Assembly (NCBI GenBank): GCA_001949185.1
Contig: BDGG01000013.1
Location: 1,566,617-1,630,616, forward strand
Length of the DNA stretch: 64,000 nucleotides
Reading direction: 5' to 3'
Source of the DNA: Ramazzottius varieornatus
Lineage: Eukaryota; Animalia; Tardigrada
The position numbers and the translations under genes are program-made. This document shows positions 36,639-49,303 of this stretch, in pieces. Each line of letters opens with the position of its first letter. Within the stretch, counting starts at the first letter, position 1. The notes beneath the pieces are model-generated. The model was not told the origin of the DNA, did no database searches, and saw only the letters and a program-made list of their open reading frames with translations.

Positions 36639-39600
36639 TCACCGTAGCTGTTGCCCTCTGGTCAGCTGAGCATAAGCTCCATCCTTTTTCAAGAGTTCTT
36701 CATGGGTACCGTGCTCCATTATTTGACCTTTGTCCATCACCAGAATGACATCAGCTTCCTTGATGGTCGACAGCCTGTGCGCAATCACTATACAAGTCCT
36801 TCCTGCACTCGCAGCTTGCAGCGCCATCTGCACACCCTGAAGACGACAAAAACATTCCTTTATATATCACGCCATTTCCGGTGGTCACTTTGTAGAGTAC
36901 AAATTCCATGGCGCTAGGTTACCTTTTCTGAGGTCGAGTCCAGTGCGGAAGTAGCTTCATCCAGCAGGAGTATCTTAGGGTCCCCTACGACGGCACGAGC
37001 AATGGAGACTCGTTGTCGTTCCCCTCCACTCAGCTGAACGCCTTTCTCCCCGACCCCGGTATCGTATCTGTCAGGTAAGTTTTGGACAAATGCGTGAATA
37101 TTGGCCACACCAGCCGCTCCGTAGATAGTTTCGTCGGGAACAGCGCTGTCTTCGGGTAGGGCGTACAGGATGTTCTCCTTGATGGTCGTGTTGAAAAGGA
37201 TAGGTTCTTGGGCCACAATGGACATGCGCGACCGAAAGTGCTCCAGGTTTAATGTTTTTATGTCCACTCCGTCGACCAGCTGCAAAGCTTACAGTAAACC
37301 ATCACAAAAAGGTGTTCTTCAGGGTTGCTTGCAGTATCGTGGTCGACTTACAATCTGCCCTTCCGATGGATCGTAGAATCGTTCGAGCAACGCCACCACC
37401 GTACTTTTTCCACAGCCGCTGGCTCCAACTATCGCCAAAGTCTGTCCGGGCCGAACGTGGAAACTCAAGCTTTTCAGGATGGGAACATCGGGACGTGACG
37501 GGTAGGTGAAGGAGACGTTGCGGAATTCAATATCCCCTTGCATATTCTGAAAAATTTCCATCGTCGCGATCTGACTATTCTATGTACAGTGTAATAGAAA
37601 ACGTACCAGTGTTTGTCCAGAAGGGTCAAAGACGTCGATGGCTGGGATTTGGTTCATCATTTTCAAAATTAACCCAGCCGATATCCTAGCCTTGGAGTAA
37701 TCAGGCAAGAATGCCGAGACTTGGCCGAACGTCATGGCTACAAAGGCTATGCCGAAGAAGACGCGAAAGACATCGGCAAACTCCATATCGCCATTTGACA
37801 CTAGGTAAAAGCCGAAGCGGAAGGCTCCAGCATACAAGAAGAAAATGATGGCTTGTGAGAAGGCATACGTTACAGCGTAGATCTTGTTGCGTCGGAGGTT
37901 GAGTCGATGCGGAAACTCGGCGTACTTCTCGAACGTTTGGTAAAAGAAAGCTTCTTGAGAAAGTGACTGGACAGTCTGGATATTTTCGATAGCCTCTGAA
38001 GCAGTCTGTAAACATTTCCAACGAACAAATCAATCTTCAAGTATATGCTGCAGCATCGTCCACACATTTTAGTTGTGACTTGGCAAAGGTATATTGAAGA
38101 GAAACGGCGCCAAAGTTCAAGCCTTTCTTCCACGTACATTTCCTGCTCGTTCAGCTTCGCGTGTATCCTTGTTCTGGTCACCGGTGTGAAACTTCATGCT
38201 GAGAGCGCCAGCAGCGACGAGAATAGGCCCGGTGCCAATGATGACCAGGCCCAGCTTCCATCCAAAGACCACAGCGATAGTGATGGCGCACGTCGCGGCC
38301 ACCAAAGAATTCACCATAATGCCCAATCGGATACCAGTCGCCTGAAGTAATTCCAGATTTTTCCCAATTCCTTATCGATATACTGTACGGGTATATATCT
38401 CTTGCGTTCAGTTTTTAGCCTACCCCTTTGATCATCGGGGCGTCCGTAGCCAACCGCGTGGTCAACTTTCCGGTCGCATGTCGCTCCTCGTCAAAATATG
38501 CCATATCCTGCCTCAAAATATTCCTGAACGCTACAAACCAAACATTCCCAAACATTGTCAAAACTACCTATCAAGCAATCAATCATAGTACATCGGAGAA
38601 TAGGACGAACGTACTGCGAAGCCGTAAGCGATGCGTCAGCTTATCCCCGCTGCTTCCAAACATGGACGTCTGCAGAAAATGTCCAAGACCCATTCCGGCT
38701 ACGACGATAGTATGCGAATACAGTTTGGTACGACAGGGTGCATGAAATACCAAAACCAACCTCCAAGGACAAGGAACATGCAAGCCCAGAAAGTAGCGGC
38801 TGCCTTCAGCGCATCCCCCGTCTGCTGAAACTCCTCAAACATCTGACTATACAGCAACGAGAAGGCCGGCATACCGCAGCCCAATAATATACTCCCACAT
38901 GTCCCTACGACGATCCATTTCACCTCTGGTGTATTTTCCCTCAATATCCGGAAGAACGTGGGCGCTTCGGCTTGTTCTTCCTTCAGTTCCCTCATCTTTT
39001 CCTCCAACGAGTCCTTTTCCGTCTCTTTCTTGTTCTTCTTGACCGACTTCTGTCTGTGGACTTTGGCTTTAGATTCACTCAGTTCTTCCTTCAGACTTCG
39101 CTGGCTGTCACGCCTCTTCGAAGTCTGCGCGTCCGTCCGATGTAAGCGTTGCAGTGTGACCAATTCGTGGTACATGGCTTTGTGACTGAGCAGTTCCTCG
39201 TGGGTTCCTTGTTCGACGACTTGGCCCTTGTCCATGACGTAGATGGTGTTGGCGTTCTGGATGGTGGACAGGCGGTGGGCGATGGCGATGGTTGCGCGGT
39301 TCTGGCAGGCTTTGTCGATGGCTACTTGGACTACGTGTTCGGACTCTGCGTCCAGGGCGGAGGTGGCTTCGTCGAGCAGAAGGATGGTGGGGTTGGTGAC
39401 GAGGGCGCGGGCAATGGCGATACGCTGACGTTGGCCACCGGAAAGCTGGCTTCCGCGTTCACCGACTGTTGTATTGTAACCCTGTAAACGAAATTTGTCT
39501 GATCTCAGGTGTTATCGACACGAATGATGATGGTAAAGAGACCGCTTCAGGATTCGGATGCCATGTACCTCCGGTAAAGTGATGATGAAACTGTGGATGT

Positions 39601-42600
39601 TAGCAGCGCGAGCAGCTTGCTCAACTTCCTCCTGTCCTACTTGTCTTCCCAGCGCGATATTGTCGGCTGCGAGAAAAGGAAACTTTTTTCATATTTTCTG
39701 ATCCTGGGAAAGCGGAACAGTGCACTTACCGATGGTGAATCCAAAGAGTACCGGCATCTGGCCGACGACTCCGATTTTTGAGCGGAGCCAGTGGACATTC
39801 AGGTCTTTGATGTCGACACCGTCCAGTAGGACCTGCCACAAGGTCCAGGTTTTATCGCAGACACTCCAATTGATAAAGAAAATGTGGTTGTCACCTGGCC
39901 TTCCTCGGGATCGTAGAAGCGTTGGAGGAGAGCAAGTAAGGTGGACTTGCCGCAGCCACTGTTTCCGACTAAAGCGATGGTCTCGTTCGGGTTAACCGAC
40001 ACATCGACGCCAGATAGCACCTGAGTACAAACGAACGGTATGACAGTGGAAAAAACGAACAGTGTTGAAGTGTTCAACACAGTCCTACGGCTAGCAAGCT
40101 AACCTGGACATCGGGACGCGTTGGATAACGGAACTTGACGTTTCTGAATTCAATTTTTCCATGACACTGCTGCGGTTTCAGCCCGCTTTCAGAGTACGCA
40201 TCGATGTTAGGAACCTGAAGGTGAAGCCGAAATTTACTTTCTGGTTCGCCGTTCGACTTGGAAACCTCTTACGCTGTCAATGACTTCAAAGACGGTGGCA
40301 GCAGCTCCCTTGGCCGTAGCGATTACAGCCAGATGTGGAGAAGCGATACCAATAGAGAAGGCTCCGATCACCACCGAGAAAATAACCGTAAAGATTTCAC
40401 CGACTTCCCTTTCGCCTTTCAGCAGCAACGTTGACCCGTACCTTCAAAAATGAGCTCTCAATAAAGTTCTATGTCAGCCGAAAATTTTCGCTCAGTTTTC
40501 CGGTCTTACCAGAAGGCCAGTGCGTAAGTTGCGTAGAGGATCATGAAGACAAGACCCATTCCAGTACCCATCACGAAGGCTTTCTTGATACCCAATTTCT
40601 CACTGGCCTCCAGTTCCCGGTCATACCTACAAGGAGGGTTTGTCGTCAGCGAAAGTGTTGAATTCAGTCTGTCCTGAACTTTGAGTTGAGTTACCGTTTG
40701 ACTTCTCTTTTCTGACCGCCGAATGCAGTCACAGTTCGGATGGAGCTTAGTACTTCCTCCGCAATGGCTCCAGCCTTGACGTACTTTTCTTGCTCCATTG
40801 TAGACGCTGATGAAATAACCTATAGCAAATATTAACAACAGCTGCTCTGAAGCAATCGTTGACAGGTAATTGATAGGGAGCTATTGGAAGATAACATACA
40901 ACGCAATTATGATTACGCCTTGTGTACCTTGGCGATAAAGGCGCCGGCTATGGCCAAGAAGGGTACCACTGACAGCATGACTAGCGTCAAGTCCCATGCT
41001 TTGTAGAAACCCACGCTGAAGCCACCGATGAACTGCGCGAATCCAAAGATGGCGAAGGACATTTTGTCACCCAGACCTTCTTTCACACGTTCCATGTCAC
41101 TATTGAACAGCATAAAAAATGTCGAAAAATGCCGCGGAATTTGGCGTGCACTATTGTCTTACTCGGAAAGGCGGGAAGTCAGCGAACCACTTTCATGACT
41201 ATCAAACCAGGCCATTTCTTGACGGAGGATCGAATGGAGAAACTTCTTGCGCATCTTGTGAATTTGTCGCTCACAGGCCGTTGTCCAACAGGCTACCTGA
41301 ATAAGCAGCGAATTTTTTGGAGTGTATAAAAGTGTCGCAGTATGGCATTGATAGCATCGTCTAGACCTATGAACAGCTGGACACTTTTCCAGGTTGCTTT
41401 CCTGACCTGAATACTGCTGGACACCAGTACGACGCATCCAATGTAAGCGTAACGTAGTACGACAATGTCCATCTTCCTGGTCATTTCGGCCATGAAGTCC
41501 GGAGGAACCCCTGTTGGGTCAATCGCACGTGATGTCCCGTCGTCGCCCATTAGCATTGTCACGAAGAAAGTCTTCAGTTCTCCTACAGAGACAAGAGATC
41601 CAGTAAAATCCACTACATCTGGTCAAATCTCTGCACCCGATTCTGGACACCAGCCTTCGACATACCATAAACGAAATTCAACATCTTTTCATCGAAAGCT
41701 TCGTCCAGTTTTCCTGGGCCAAGGTTGGAAGACTGATTGTTGACGACGTTTGGGAATGGCGTCGATGTGTTCGAGGGAGTGGAAAATAAATTCGTCATGT
41801 CGCCTACAGTTTAGGGGAATATTATCGTCAAGCTGCCCATAAATGTCCGCTTTGGTATGAATAGTGGCCAAAGAGCACCTTACCAAAAACAACGTTCATC
41901 GCTGGCCAGGCCTACAAAACAGGAGCAAAATTTCAAGAGAGCACATTCGGGAAGCTGTACAGTCTTGTCATTATTTTCGTCATTAATTTCTTGCATGTAA
42001 TCATCACACATACCAAGCCGGTTATGCATGCACAGATGCTTCCGATGATCATCAACGCTATATCCAGTCCCGTTGCAAACCGGAACTGCAAAACAAGACA
42101 TAATGAAAGTTTCAACACGTCTCCCCGTTTAGTCGGAACTTGCGCTGCTTCAAGTCTGGCCTCCGCCTGATGCAAAGATGCTCATCATCGCTCATGCATT
42201 AAGCACAGAAGTTTGAGCTTACCAGTGAAAGGAATGGCACCGGCGGGACACTCGGCTCCTTTTCCTTCTCGTCCTTCTTGTCATCTTCCGGTCCCTTCCT
42301 GGAAACGGCGAAGTAACGCCTGTTACCCATACTGTACTGAGATCATGAGAACGAGATTCGGGAGGGAGAGATTCAGATCCGGAAGTATTCACCAAAATGC
42401 TCGAGAAATTCACGGCATAGTTGCGCTACAGAGTGAATGACTCAGCCGAGAACATTTCTCGTTTTCTGTTGACACAAGCAACACACATTTTCTCGTTGCT
42501 GATTCACTCCTTGAGCTGCACGGTCTTCACCGCCAACAGGCCAAGATTGATCAGCGTGATGAACAGCTCTTATTATGCAAGCAAAACCGGCTCAAAAATA

Positions 42601-42906
42601 CAGCGTCATCGGAGTACTGTAAATCCATAATATCGATATACTGTACAGTATGCATCGACATCGCATTGCTTACTTGACTGGATCGGTGAACGTGCCATCG
42701 ATCGTCACAAAAGACCCGCGCTTTGTCTGTCCATCCATCAGGTTATCCGTGCTCGGTACATGTATGAAAGCTGGATTATCGTAACCGGTGTATGCTCCCG
42801 TAGTCCCTCCATTCGAATCAGCAGGTAACTTCGATCCAGTGTACTTTACGTTGTCCTCGTTGGACGCCGCCATATCAGTGAACATTGCGTCGCATGTGGC
42901 TACCAT
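36639..42906 (-). CDS. ABCB1: Full-length ABCB1/P-glycoprotein multidrug transporter; many exons
   Basis: Two TMD+NBD halves: [47 protein letters not shown]; second half [23 protein letters not shown]. Confidence 0.95.
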
Positions 42907-43316
42907 TCCTCATGTTCACCAGGAAGCAAATTCAGCAGCACCTTCGATTAACGTCGGGAAACTTACGAGTTTTCTGAGAAAACTTGAGAAACGTTTCGAA
43001 TGCGGCCTAGCGTTCACCTGCCGACGGTGACAAATCGTCTTTACTTTGTAGTGGTTACATCGTCCAATGCAAGAATCGAAATTGTTTCGTTATCTTTCTT
43101 CTGACTTTATCAGAGGAAACCGTATCTATCAGTAGGGCACTATGAAGTATGAAGTGTGATTTCTGTGAACTGTGATTTTTGACGGGTGTATGCGATCCCG
43201 ACAATATACGCAGTTTAATCCGAATTCCGGTTCCGGCCACGCCCATCAAGGTAAGCCACCAGGTGAAACTGTCCCTCTAGCAGGATTTTTATTTGTTCTC
43301 AGGTGGACACGACGGT

Positions 43317-43675
43317 AGAGTGAATTTGACCAAGCTCTGGTCGAAGCAATTGGTCAATTTTTCGTCCAAATTTGGACAATAAACACTTGGCCAATGGTCA
43401 ACTCTTCGGCCAGTTCTATGACCGTTGTTCAGTTTTGTGGTCAACATTTCGACCAATGGTCAAAATTTTGGCCACAAGTTTTGACCAACAGCCAAATTTT
43501 TGGCCAAAGTTTGACCAATTCGCCAAAATCGTAGACCATTGGACGAACCAATGGTCAACAGTTTGACCAAAGACGATCGGTCAATCTTGCTATAAGCATT
43601 GGCCAACATTTCGTTGAGCAATATTGGCCAAAAGTTGACTAGTTGGTCCGATGAAGAGTTAGTCAAATCCACTCT
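43317..43675. mobile_element. TTGACCAA-rich MITE, copy 2 (complete)
   Basis: AGAGTGAATTTGACC ... GTCAAATCCACTCT terminal inverted repeats; internal TTGACCAA/TTGGCCAA motifs. Confidence 0.75.
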
Positions 43676-43801
43676 GGTCTCAATATCGGTGGCTTACTCA
43701 ACAACCAACGATATGCTATCTTTTGTGCCGTGAAACCGGGGCATGGTTGGACCATCTGGACACGGTGAGGTGGATTCGTGTCCTTAAGCGATGCACGAAT
43801 A

Positions 43802-43966
43802 CAGTGTACGACAAAATAAACCGTTAAAAGTGGTTGTATGGAGCCAGATGGTTAAAGCCAATGACATTTGTGCATGCAGCAAAGCCTAATTCTCATCCGC
43901 TGAGTCGTAAGGTAGCTCAGCTGGAGTGTTACGCCCATTTTTAACGGTTAATTTTGTCGTACACTG
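43802..43966. mobile_element. 165-bp Tc1/mariner-type MITE, copy 2
   Basis: TA-flanked CAGTGTACGACAAAA terminal inverted repeats; reverse-complement homologue of 22684-22848. Confidence 0.85.
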
Positions 43967-45923
43967 TACCGCAACAATGGACGTCAGATCAGAATCGGTA
44001 ATTGATGATGGTGGACATTTTGGACCAGTCAAAAAGTCTCTTCCCTCTGTTGAAAATGCAGTCTTCCCAGCTGACCTCCAAATGCCCAATGACCGTCGAA
44101 GTACAAGGAGAAAATAGGGGAGTTGTCAGGCAGGGTGGACTTGTCAGGTCGAACTTCTGCCTTCCGTTCATCCAAATCTTCTGATTTTGAACTGCCCATT
44201 CTGTTGTGGAATTCAGGTCTGTATCTGTCAAACCAAGTTGAAATCAGAAGATTCGGATGAGTAAAACAGTTGGCAGCAGGTCGAAAGCGGCAACGCACAT
44301 TGAATTAAGCTGGCCATTGCCACTTTCGGTCGGCTACCAACTGTTTTTTCCATGCCAACAGTTAGGTCAAGTTTTGATGTGGTGGCAGCACCGGAAATGT
44401 ATGGCAAGCATAGAGATTAAGTTGCGACCCAGACTTACTAGGAAGTTCCACGTCAGTTTCGAACCAATTTCCACGTCAGAATGGGCAGTTCTCAAAGCAA
44501 TCCACAATGAATGTGGATGTCTAATTCGCTGGGACCATCTTAGCAGGAACAAGCTTACGCCAACAACCCAGGGTCTGTCGAACAAACGCTTTCATCCTGC
44601 GAAGTTCCCAATAAAATGAGCATGAACAGGCTTTTGTCATGAGGAACGATACGGGTAATTTTTGCAGGACACTTTTGCCGGAGATTTACTTTGATCTGCT
44701 CAATAGCTCGAGGTTTTAGCCACATTTTGGCCGTTCGGGCTTTCCCAATAACCTGTCGCGTGACGGGAATAGCGAAAAATGACCCTCATTAATAATATTC
44801 CTTATCAACTACCGTAGTACCGCTGCTCAGCGGTTGAATGTTAAAGGACTAGCTGGAAAGTCACGTTTTCGGAAAGACCACACTATGTTTCTGCAAGATG
44901 GTTCTTGACCTATGGAAGTTGGACGACGGGTTCAAAGAGATACGAGGAAACAAAGCAGGGCCATGGGGTGGCGACTGAATATGAGGTCGGTCGATATGAC
45001 TTTGCGTTTTCTGGGGGCAAAGTCATATCGACCGATATTTTTTGCAAATTTGTTAGTTGACGTTCAAGTTCTCCCGCATGAGTCATGTTGTGTACCAACA
45101 CTCCTTGTTCTCAGGCGGCTGGTCCTGAGCCCGTGCGTTGACAACTGGTGGAAAAGTCTTGATTCAAACCCAAACGAGAAAGTTTTTTCTACTTTTTCCG
45201 AATTTTCTTTTTCAAGAGCGAGCAAAGCAACATGGTAGCGAATTATATCATCGTGTGGAGCTAGGTGAGGACTTAACGATGCCAGTTAACAATGATCGTA
45301 TTGCGGCTTCAGGATTTTCTAAAACCGGAAAACGTGTCTTACCGCTTGTAAACGCGACCGGTAAAATGCGCCGCTTTAGTGGGCTGGCGAAAATCAAATT
45401 TCTCCCGTCTCACGGACTTCCAGAAACATTTCAATAAGTTGCCCGGTAGATCTACCGGGGTGTGTTCTATCTTTGTGTGGGATTGCTTTGCGGTGGAAAC
45501 TGTTGCTGCCCGCAAAATGAATGGTCAGATTTCCGAGACTTTGTCCATGTTTCCACTCGGAAAATTCTGGCAGCGCGCGTTGTCGGACGAAATCTAAAAC
45601 TGATTTCGAGACAGCATTCACTGGAGCATTTGTCAGAACCGTCAGCATGTGTGGAATAAAACTTGTGCGCTCAAAAAAACTGTTTTCGCAAAAGTGGTGG
45701 TTTATTTCAATAGTGACGACCTCTTTTGGATGAATTTCTAAAGGTTAACACCGATCAATAAGTTGAACCCGGGAAGCGGATCCAAAAGTTCACCGATAAT
45801 GCATCCTGTTGCAAAAAATTCGGGAGGAAAAACTTTGCTGGAACGGGAGAAAGGATTTTTTTCAAATTGGTGTCGGAAAAAGAGTAACAAGTCACACTTC
45901 CGCACCTAATATGAACTTTAGTT

Positions 45924-46154
45924 TTGTACCAGACTTCACTGTTCAAAGTTGCGTACAATGTCATACTTGATGTTCCAGAGCGGACCGCGGACTGTGTGAT
46001 CTGCTTGTCTGAGCGACCCAGCATCGCCTTTGCTCCGTGCGGACACAAGCAAGCATGTCGAAATTGTACGTCAAAGGTATTCGAAAGCGACAACCCGAAT
46101 TGTCCTACATGTCGCGCAGAGATCAGGCAGCTACTCTGTACTACGAATCTTTGA
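45924..46154 (+). CDS. C-terminal C3HC4 RING exon (putative E3 ligase); upstream exons (~44.0-45.9 kb) unresolved
   Basis: CVIC..PSIAFAPCGHKQAC.NC..NCPTCRAEI followed by a stop. Confidence 0.6.
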   Translation: MYQTSLFKVAYNVILDVPERTADCVICLSERPSIAFAPCGHKQACRNCTSKVFESDNPNCPTCRAEIRQLLCTTNL

Positions 46155-46313
46155 GTGATCAATAAAATGATCCACCACTTGTTACGGCATGGTCGCGCCG
46201 ATTCCGTGGAGAAATTGAAGCTGGGGAAAAACGCACTCCGAAGCAGTGTTGACTGCTATCTTATTCGAGAGCTCTTTTGAGGTGCGAACGAAAAAAACCA
46301 AAACATAGTGCTA

Positions 46314-46441
46314 CAGTGTACGCCCATATGGTCACCCCAAACTGGGCGGAGTTTTTGGGGGCTATAGTTGTGCCAACGTTCGATTGGTTAACTTCACTCT
46401 GACCAACGCCCAGATTGGGGTGACCAAATTGGCGTACACTG
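46314..46441. mobile_element. 128-bp TA-flanked MITE with CAGTGTACG termini
   Basis: TA|CAGTGTACGCCCATATGGTCACCCCAA ... TTGGGGTGACCAAATTGGCGTACACTG|TA. Confidence 0.75.
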
Positions 46442-46839
46442 TAGCTACAAAATTAAGCTGTGGGGGTGTCAACCAACTGATATAAAGAAGCAAATTTAGC
46501 ACTAGTTTCCGCACACAACACTGTTTCATCTTATTCTTATTCCATCGGCTACCAAAAATTTAGCATGGCCGACATCCGAAAATTGTTCTAACCACTGCCT
46601 GCACGGACCGCTCACGGCAGATGAATGCAAATGCTTGTCATGCCAACTGGTGCAGGTCAAGTTCAGGTTGATTGAATAACTCGTGCATTAATTCCTGCGC
46701 TCTTTTCCTGATAAAGGAACTACTTCATATATCTTTTAACAAGAATAAGTTTTGCATTAGAAGGACCGGGGCCTCCTCCTGCACAAAGGAATGCCATAAA
46801 CTCGCAGATTATTCGCTGGCAATCCTACGAAATATCAAC

Positions 46840-48447
46840 ATGGCGTACTTCGGGTGCGGAGCGGCTAGCTGGAACACAGTGAATTCCCATAGAAACTGTG
46901 GTTATGCGCAGATAGGGATGAAGGCAACAGCCACAGGTGCAAATGTGATCGGCTGGCTCGTTCAGCCCTGTTCGTAAAATGGGACTGAAGTTTTCTCGAC
47001 ACTATCCGATCGTGCATCAGTTCGACGAGGATGCCATACACGACAAGAACCCGTACTATATGGTGTTTGCCACCGGAATCCAAGGATGGCGTCCAAGTAC
47101 GGTAGGCTACTGTCCACAAATCTAATCTGTAGTATGTTTCACTAGAATACATAAAGGAAGTTATGCAGACATCTCATCTTCTTACAGCTATGGAAGACGC
47201 GCACATTATTCAGTTAGCTGCAGTGGGAGATGATCAGGCTTCAGCTTTCTTCGCACTATTCGACGGACATGGAGGTTCGTATTGCTTTCGCAACTCTTTC
47301 CATTCTGCCGTCGTAACTCTTTTGTTCAATGAGAAAGAACCGCTGTGCAGGGCGTATTTTTTTGCAGGACCTGACATCGCTCAGTTTGCTGCTGCGAACA
47401 TTCAGTCTAGAGTTCTTCAACATCCTAAGCTTTGTAAGTTCTCCACGACTTAAATTCTGCTGCTTCCTCTATAACACAGCTTTTCTTCTGGGAACGAAGA
47501 CGAAAATTCCTGTTACGCTTTGCGACATGCTTTGTTGGAAATCGACAAGGAAGCGTACGCCCTCGGGAACGGTAAGCGATTGGCTCATACAACCTGCGTC
47601 CATCTTGCGGGAATGACGGGGAATTCCCGCCGGCTGAAGCGTAGAGCTAACATCTGACCTTCTGTAGACAGTGAGAACCCGGAGAAATACCACTTGATCG
47701 GATGTACGGCCGTCGTCACACTGATCAAGGACAGGAAAATCTATTGTGTTGGTCAAACTTGATCTGATTCAAGCGAGGCTGACAGGAGTTACATGCCAAT
47801 AAATGATGTGACCATTTCGTTACAGGCAAATATCGCTGATTCGCGCTGTATAGCCAGTGTCAGCGGGCATGCTATCCAGCTATCCATCGAGCACAAACCA
47901 ACAGATCCTGTGGAGCTAGAGAGAGTGACTACGCACAAGGGAAACTTAAAGGGGTACGTGGAGAACGGTCGAATAAATGGAAATCTGGCGGTACCGCGAG
48001 CTCTTGGAGATTTCTACTACAAGAACAACATGGAAGGTCCCCCACACGAGCGCATAGTTACTGCGTGGGCGGACATCACTGTTCGAACCATAACAGACGA
48101 TTGGGAATTCATCGTGATGGCCTGTGATGGAATATGGGACGTAATGACCAATTCCGAGGTCGTGGAATTTGTACGGAACCGCTTCGCTCAGCACCTGGAA
48201 CCACGAAGAGTACGCCAAGATAATATTCCATTTTAATCGCACTGGTCCCTGTCCATCAATGTTTTTTTTCCAGATAGCTCAAGATCTTTTGTATACCTGC
48301 TTGGCTCCAGACACTTCCATGGGCGGACTGGGTGCGGACAACATGACGATCGAAATCATTGCCATACTTGGTGGACGGAGCTTCGAGGAGTTTTGCGAGA
48401 AATGTGCGACGGACCCAGCTGAAAACTGCCCTCTCCAGTTGAAGTGA
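46840..48447 (+). CDS. Protein phosphatase 2C (PPM family); 5' end uncertain
   Basis: QGWRP-MEDAH, FDGHGG, GCTAVV, ANIADSRC, EHKP, NGRINGNLAVPRALGDF, ACDGIWDV, GLGADNMT. Confidence 0.9.
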
Positions 48448-49303
48448 GGCATCGTCCTGTCTACTTTAACTGAATCAATGCAGGAGACCTGTCAAAACAG
48501 CCGTGGGTGTTATGTTTTCCAGTTACTACGAGGAATCCTTGGGCAACAAAGTAGGAATGAACTTGAAGTACTAAGCACTGAAACTCCGTGCTTATGCCGG
48601 CTAACTTCGGCGAAGGTCTTCCTCGCCTCTCAGCATCGGGCTAATTTCTCAGACTCGTCTTTCGGGATTTCAAGAGTTGGGATTGCTTGTCATTTTCTTC
48701 GAGTACTGGGAGTGATTTGTTTATTTGCAGTGTTTAGCGCTGCTATTTTCCTTCTTGCTGTCATCCATCTGAAGATCCTCTGTTCTTCTGCGCCATACAG
48801 TAGGCGGATGCGCTGCTTTTCATTTTTCACGTAGATCTGCATAGTTGGAATCTGCTCCTACCTTCCTGTCTTGAAAGGATCGTGATCTACCGCGTTCTTT
48901 ACAATATCTTTAGAAAATTAGTTTCGCGAGTACGAGAAGACGTCAATAAGAGAAGCGTTACTAAATCACACCTACATCAGGGCTCGAACGTAAGACATGG
49001 CCTGATACCGCGTTTTCCGGTGGAGTAGGTCGCGTCACGCTCGAATCCTTTGCTAATCGAAATTAAGTCTCCTGAAGCGTAACCAAATAGATTCTGAAGC
49101 TATTCTAGTTCTTCCTAAAAATCTTTGGTTGTTTTTTGAGTAGCCATACAGAAACCAGAAACAATCGGTTCTCCATGTTGAATGTTGTTTGTTATGCGGT
49201 CTTTCGGTAGTACGTGCTGCTCCGAGAGTTATGTTCCCTGTTCTGGGAATGGAAGTCCCTGATAAATTATCGGCAAGAACCTCTACCTTTCCGCCCGCTC
49301 AAT

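Noticed and set aside
39240-39430. Locally GC-richer codon usage in ABCB1 NBD1, suggesting horizontal transfer
   Set aside because: It is a short stretch of a conserved exon within an intron-rich, typically animal P-glycoprotein gene.
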